Assembly (NCBI GenBank): GCA_030650275.1
Contig: JAUSEK010000008.1
Location: 811-64,810, forward strand
DNA: 64,000 bases
Source: Candidatus Omnitrophota bacterium
Lineage (GTDB): Bacteria; Omnitrophota; Gorgyraeia; Zapsychrales; Fredricksoniimonadaceae
Direction: 5' to 3'
Both the position numbers and the translations under genes were made by a program. Below are positions 59,992 through 64,000 of the stretch, piece after piece (position 1 is the stretch's first letter; each line of letters starts with the position of its first letter). Below the pieces are notes generated by a model, which had not been told where the DNA came from, did not search any database, and saw only the letters and a program-made list of their open reading frames with translations.

Positions 59992-60864
59992 ATGTTCATC
60001 CGCAAACAATTGTTCCGCAGGGTCGCCATCGTCGGGGCCGGTTTCATGGGCGCGTCCTTAGGATTGGCCATCAAAAAACACGGGTTGGCCAAAGAGATCA
60101 TCGGCATCGGCCGGCACGAAACGTCCCTGCGCGAAGCCGTGGATGTAAAAGCCATTGACGAAAGCACCATGGACCTCAAAAAAGGCATCAACGGTGCTGA
60201 CCTGATCGTGCTCGCCGCTCCGATCTCCGGAATTCTGGACACCCTGGATATTCTGGGCAAAGATCTCAGGCGCGGCGGGGTCATTGTCACCGATGTGGGC
60301 AGCACCAAAGCCGCTGTCGTGGACAAGGCCGAGAAGGTCCTGCATCCTTCGGTGCTGTTCGTCGGTTCGCATCCCCTGGTCGGTTCAGAGAAAAAGGGAC
60401 CGGCCTGTGCCAGCGATAAGCTTTATGAAGGCGCTGTTTGCATTATGACGCCGACGGAGAAGACCAATCGCCTGGCCAAGGACAAGATGAAACATTTTTG
60501 GGGGCAGTTGGGTTGCCAGGTGAAAATGATGGCGCCCCATGAACACGACGAGGCCCTTGCTTATGTCAGCCATTTGCCGCATCTGTCCGCGTTCGCCATC
60601 ATCAAGGCCATTCCCGACCAGTTTTTGGAATACGCGGCGCAGGGGCTCAAAGACACCACCCGTGTGGCCACCTCGGACCCCGAGGTGTGGCGGGACATTG
60701 CCTTGTCCAATCCCAAACATGTCCTTAAGTCCCTTGATGAGATGGTCCGCGCGATCGCCGTGATGCGCAAGGCGATCGTCGGCAAAGACCGTGAGGCCCT
60801 GGTCGAGCTTTTCCGTCAGGCCAAGGCCAGGCGCGAACGCATTGAAAAATCCCATGGCAGCTAA
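59992..60864 (+). CDS. tyrA: Prephenate dehydrogenase
   Basis: VAIVGAGFMGASLGLAIKK Rossmann; SHPLVGSEKKG. Confidence 0.75.
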   Translation: MFIRKQLFRRVAIVGAGFMGASLGLAIKKHGLAKEIIGIGRHETSLREAVDVKAIDESTMDLKKGINGADLIVLAAPISGILDTLDILGKDLRRGGVIVTDVGSTKAAVVDKAEKVLHPSVLFVGSHPLVGSEKKGPACASDKLYEGAVCIMTPTEKTNRLAKDKMKHFWGQLGCQVKMMAPHEHDEALAYVSHLPHLSAFAIIKAIPDQFLEYAAQGLKDTTRVATSDPEVWRDIALSNPKHVLKSLDEMVRAIAVMRKAIVGKDREALVELFRQAKARRERIEKSHGS

Positions 60865-61521
60865 ACGTTTGACCATCACGCTCGATGGGCCTGCGGGCGC
60901 CGGCAAAAGCACGGCGGCCCAGGCCCTGGCCAAGCGGTTGGGGATCTCTTATCTGGACACCGGGGCCATGTACCGCGCGTTGACGCTCAAAGGCCTGCGC
61001 GCCGGCATTGACCTGGCCGATGAAAACGCGCTGGCCGCTTTGGCTAAGCGCACGCGCATTGATTTCAAGGAAATGCCCGACGGCACGCTGAATGTCACCC
61101 TGGACGGGGTGGACGTGTCGCGCCAGATCCGCACGATCCAGGTGACCAACAATACTTTTTACGCGGCACGGGCCCCTAAAGTCAGAAAGATCCTGGTGGC
61201 CCGCCAAAGACAGATCGGTCTTAAGCGTTCTTTGGTCGGCGACGGCAGGGACCTGGGGACCGTGGTTTTTCCCAAAGCCGATTACAAATTTTATCTGGAT
61301 GCTGATTTTGAGGAACGCGTGCAGCGCCGCCTGCGGGACCTGAAGGTCGCCCATAAGACGGTGGACAAGGCCCAGCTGCGCGCGGACATGAAAGAGCGTG
61401 ACCACAAAGATCTTTCCCGCACCATCGGCCCTTTAAAAAAAGCCAAGGACGCCATTGTCATCGACTCGTCGGGCCTGACCGTCGAGACCACGGTGGACAA
61501 GATCATGCGCCACATATCCCG

Positions 61522-61525
<4 letters not shown>
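60854..61525 (+). CDS. cmk: Cytidylate kinase
   Basis: LTITLDGPAGAGKSTAAQALAKRLGISYLDTGAMYRA. Confidence 0.85.
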
Positions 61526-63312
<1,787 letters not shown>

Positions 63313-63313
63313 T

Positions 63314-63955
63314 ATGTCACACGTCAAGCCCAAGAGTGTTATTAGAGAATGGGTCGAATCCGTCCTGATCGCGCTGGTGCTGGCCGCGTTCATCCGCAGT
63401 TATTTCATCCAGCCCTTTAAAATTCCCAGCGGGTCCATGCGCATGACCCTCATTGAGGGGGACCATTTGTTCGTCGACAAATGGCATTATGGTCCCAACC
63501 TTTTGCCGGAGATCCACTCGCCGGATTTTTTAAGGTCCGTCATTGACATCCAGTGGCCGGATGCCTTAAAGCCGTTGGTCAAGGTCCGCCTGCCCGGTTT
63601 CGGCGCGCCGCGGCGGGGGGACGTGATCGTGTTCAGTTATCCCAATGACCGCACCAAGGATTTCATCAAACGCCTGATCGCTTTGCCCGGGGAAACCGTT
63701 GAGATCAAGGACGGCAATATCCTCATCAACGGGCAAATGGTGGATGATCCGCGCATCAAGAACGTTTATTATTACAACCGGGGGGATTATGGCACGACGT
63801 CGGTCGCTGTTCCCCAGGGACATTATTTCGTTCTGGGGGACAATAGCGCTTCCAGCCATGACAGCCGGTATTGGGGCTTTGTTCCGGCCGAGGACGTGGT
63901 GGGCAGGGCTGATCTCATCTTCTGGCCTTTCGATCGGGTGAGATTCATTCAATGA
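63314..63955 (+). CDS. lepB: Signal peptidase I
   Basis: PSGSMRMTL (catalytic Ser region); KRLIALPGE; GDNSASSHDSRYWGFVP. Confidence 0.85.
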   Translation: MSHVKPKSVIREWVESVLIALVLAAFIRSYFIQPFKIPSGSMRMTLIEGDHLFVDKWHYGPNLLPEIHSPDFLRSVIDIQWPDALKPLVKVRLPGFGAPRRGDVIVFSYPNDRTKDFIKRLIALPGETVEIKDGNILINGQMVDDPRIKNVYYYNRGDYGTTSVAVPQGHYFVLGDNSASSHDSRYWGFVPAEDVVGRADLIFWPFDRVRFIQ

Positions 63956-64000
63956 AAAGAAATATTGTCATTCCCGAATGTCCCGCCTACGGACGGGATC

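Overview
All recognisable genes in this 64 kb window lie on the + strand; the minus-strand ORFs look like GC-rich shadow frames. The sequence is consistent with a strand-biased, moderately GC-rich bacterium, possibly an Omnitrophota- or CPR-like lineage, but this cannot be decided from one window.

- **Left half (6..27581):** a ~27 kb surface-polysaccharide (O-antigen/CPS-like) biosynthesis locus. It holds two GDP-mannose 4,6-dehydratases, a GDP-fucose synthase, a DegT aminotransferase, an FdtA/WxcM-like cupin, three GT4 glycosyltransferases, a GT26 WecB/TagA enzyme, a WbaP-like priming phosphotransferase and a Wzy/O-antigen-ligase-like membrane protein. It also carries unusual tailoring genes: three radical-SAM/SPASM paralogs, a Gfo/Idh/MocA oxidoreductase, an arabinose-5-phosphate isomerase (KdsD/KpsF), a GSA-aminomutase-like class III aminotransferase, an APH-like kinase, about six SAM methyltransferases and an AsnB-like amidotransferase. 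A NodU/CmcH carbamoyltransferase is followed by two small membrane ORFs that resemble SxtJ and SxtK; the 52-aa SxtK-like ORF is below the ORF-track cutoff.
- **Right half:** housekeeping genes — pgk, tpiA, secG, an Opp/Dpp-type ABC transporter, glgC, fabV, smc, cvpA, dnaG, rpoD, aroD, two tRNAs, a Zn-ribbon protein, rnhA, an RNase P RNA (rnpB) overlapping the rnhA 3' end, yebC, ruvC, ruvA, scpB, pheA, hisC, a DAHP synthase, tyrA, cmk, lepA and lepB.
- **Gene pair at 39787..40451:** a small DUF5678-like protein whose stop overlaps the TTG start of a retropepsin-like aspartic protease (DSGA motif), followed by a 1107-aa secreted protein with an M28 peptidase domain and an HEXXH motif.
- **Non-coding signals:** a 24-nt palindromic element present twice, a family of ATCCCG..CGGGAT hairpins, a hairpin-dense tRNA leader and spacer, and a near-consensus sigma70 promoter upstream of cvpA.

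No CRISPR array, transposase, integrase or rRNA was found.
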